Part shown: piece after piece, positions 62,362 to 64,000 of the stretch | Layout: every line of letters begins with the position of its first letter | Numbering within the stretch: the stretch's first letter is position 1 | Sequence record: MZ443783.1 | DNA: 64,000 nucleotides | Reading direction: 5' to 3' (one strand) | The notes under the pieces: generated by a model | Told to the model about the DNA's origin: nothing | Databases searched by the model: none | The model's input: the letters and a program-made list of their open reading frames with translations, nothing else | Position numbers and translations under genes: made by a program

Positions 62362-63348
62362 TTAAGCCGCGTCGCCAGCACCGATAGGAAGCATCAGACG
62401 CATACCACGGTTGTCTTTACCGTTTGCGTTCATGCCCAGGTACTTGGTTTTGTTAGTCGCTTTCAGTGGGTTCAACTGTACTTCTGAACCAGCAGAGAGA
62501 ACGTCAGCAGAGGTATAGCCCAGCATGTCCAGTGTAGCGAAGTACACATAGCGTTGGGTGTTAATCATCTGCGGGAACAGCACGATGGCGCGGTTACCTT
62601 CTGCAATCATAACCTGCTGGAGCGGGTTAATGATTGGCGCGGAGTCAGGAGTCGGCTGCACGGCAGACAGAGGAACTGTCGCACTGTAGATACCTGCTTC
62701 GATAACAGTGAAGCGCTGAATTGCTTCAGGCTTGATGGTATCAGGGTCGCCAGCCAGACCGCCACCACACGAGAAGATGCAGAACAGTGGGCTATGATCA
62801 CCAGGCTTAGTATCGCCCGTCTGTACGCCACGCTGTGCAACGAACCAACTGAACGCGGTGCCAGTGTTGTCGAAACCTTCTGCGTTGATGTGCAGAGCGA
62901 TACCGTGGTCGGTGGTGATGAAGTCATAGGTCAGCGGATATGCTGCCATGTCAGCGGTCGCGTCCATCTTCCAGTCAGCAACCAGATCGATGAAGCTGTT
63001 AGCAAGCAGACCAGACTTGGACAGACGGCCGATTTCTACGGTAGCAGAACGCTTCGCCGCAGTGTAGTCGTTCTCACTCACCTGAAGGTCAGGCAGAACG
63101 TTGATTGACAGAGTTTTGGCCGTGTCGTCAGCTTTGAGGATGATACCCCATTGCTGTGTATCGAACAGCGGATCAACTGCATCAGAAGCCATCAGGTAGA
63201 ATGCTTTACCATCTGGTTTGATCTGAGTACCAGCAGTACCATCGACTGCAACGAGTTCAAAACCCGCAGCAACCATTTTAGCCACCAGGTCACGGGTCAG
63301 AGCTTCCAGACCAATGATCTTAGTGGCAGTTACACGTTGAATAGCCAT
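62362..63348 (-). CDS. Virion structural protein, paralog B (328 aa)
   Basis: GFELVAVDGT, WFVAQRGV, PLFCIFS, INPLQQV, GYTSADV, N.GMRL motifs shared with 61161-62342. Confidence 0.75.
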   Translation of the reverse strand: MAIQRVTATKIIGLEALTRDLVAKMVAAGFELVAVDGTAGTQIKPDGKAFYLMASDAVDPLFDTQQWGIILKADDTAKTLSINVLPDLQVSENDYTAAKRSATVEIGRLSKSGLLANSFIDLVADWKMDATADMAAYPLTYDFITTDHGIALHINAEGFDNTGTAFSWFVAQRGVQTGDTKPGDHSPLFCIFSCGGGLAGDPDTIKPEAIQRFTVIEAGIYSATVPLSAVQPTPDSAPIINPLQQVMIAEGNRAIVLFPQMINTQRYVYFATLDMLGYTSADVLSAGSEVQLNPLKATNKTKYLGMNANGKDNRGMRLMLPIGAGDAA

Positions 63349-63355
63349 AAGTTAA

Positions 63356-64000
63356 TCACTCCATTACCAGATAGGTTACAGTGAGTTTCGGTTTCGACGG
63401 CGAGGTGCCGATATTCTTCATACGCCACGAGATTGTAGGCGTGTTGTCCTTGTTGGACAAGAAGCTGTATCGGCGCAGCTTACGGATGACAGGATTGCCT
63501 TCGCTATCCACATCAGAGAACACGCCGTCATCTTCAAGAAAATTAGCAGTGGAGCGGAATAAATACGGATTTCTGTCGTCGCGTTGCGCTGTAGGGAATG
63601 CGGAGAGTTCCACATCAAACGCATTGAGTTGAACAGAAAGCAGCATCACGGTGCGGTTCATCTGCAAATCAAAATCGATCTGCTGACCAGGAGTAATGTA
63701 CGAAGGTGATTCGTACTCCACAGTCTTACGCACACCAGCACTCTCATTGCCGCTCAAGTCGGCCCAGAACATTGTACCATTAGCGCCAGACACGAGGGTC
63801 ATCCCTGCGTATTCAGGCTCAGGCACTTGTTTACTTGGGTCGAGGCCTACAACAGTCAGACCTGTCTCATCCACAGCAGTAACGAAAGGCGACTCGAACT
63901 TATACTCCGAGCCACCAAATTTCGCTTCTTCCCATGTCACGTTGTCTGCACCAAGCTGATACATCTTCTTGGTCTCGGTCACGTAACACAACATCCCAGG
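63356..64000 (-). CDS. Partial virion protein (probably begins upstream of the window end)
   Basis: Frame is open to the window edge (PGMLCYVTETKKMYQL, a fibre-type motif). Confidence 0.7.
   Translation of the reverse strand, partial: PGMLCYVTETKKMYQLGADNVTWEEAKFGGSEYKFESPFVTAVDETGLTVVGLDPSKQVPEPEYAGMTLVSGANGTMFWADLSGNESAGVRKTVEYESPSYITPGQQIDFDLQMNRTVMLLSVQLNAFDVELSAFPTAQRDDRNPYLFRSTANFLEDDGVFSDVDSEGNPVIRKLRRYSFLSNKDNTPTISWRMKNIGTSPSKPKLTVTYLVME

Noticed and set aside
1-64000. tRNA genes, integrase or IS elements
   Set aside because: No cloverleaf/T-loop signatures, transposase or recombinase motifs seen by eye; a tRNAscan-SE run would be needed to exclude tRNAs formally

Overview
A 64-kb segment of a large, contractile-tailed (jumbo myovirus-like) phage genome, about 50% GC. 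It is almost entirely a virion-morphogenesis region, and every credible protein gene is on the minus strand. In transcription order (high to low coordinate) it holds: fibre/structural paralogs; an acidic protein; NAD-dependent DNA ligase; a GT2-TPR glycosyltransferase; prohead protease; a Zn-ribbon/acidic scaffold-like protein; a decoration-like protein; major capsid protein; tail sheath and two tube paralogs; a tape-measure-like protein with a muramidase domain; baseplate hub and spike; a small NUDIX/MmcB-like/dTMP kinase cluster; PAAR and baseplate wedges; four collagen-like fibre genes (one ending in an intact Hint domain); further fibre proteins; and a small membrane/periplasmic cassette. 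The gene set recalls the 'hairy' enterobacterial jumbo myoviruses (inference from memory, not a database result). The standout anomaly is a ~1.3-kb gene-free interval (about 23580-24820). It is densely base-paired, appears to fold on the plus strand antisense to all genes, and contains a duplicated 28-nt stem-loop module, a long-range pseudoknot and a group II intron domain-V-like hairpin with a variant catalytic triad, but no reverse-transcriptase ORF. Other signals include a candidate late promoter motif (GCTAATTT), a recurring S-x-S motif in putative head proteins, and two ~130-140-nt dual-coding overlaps. No tRNA, rRNA or CRISPR array was seen.
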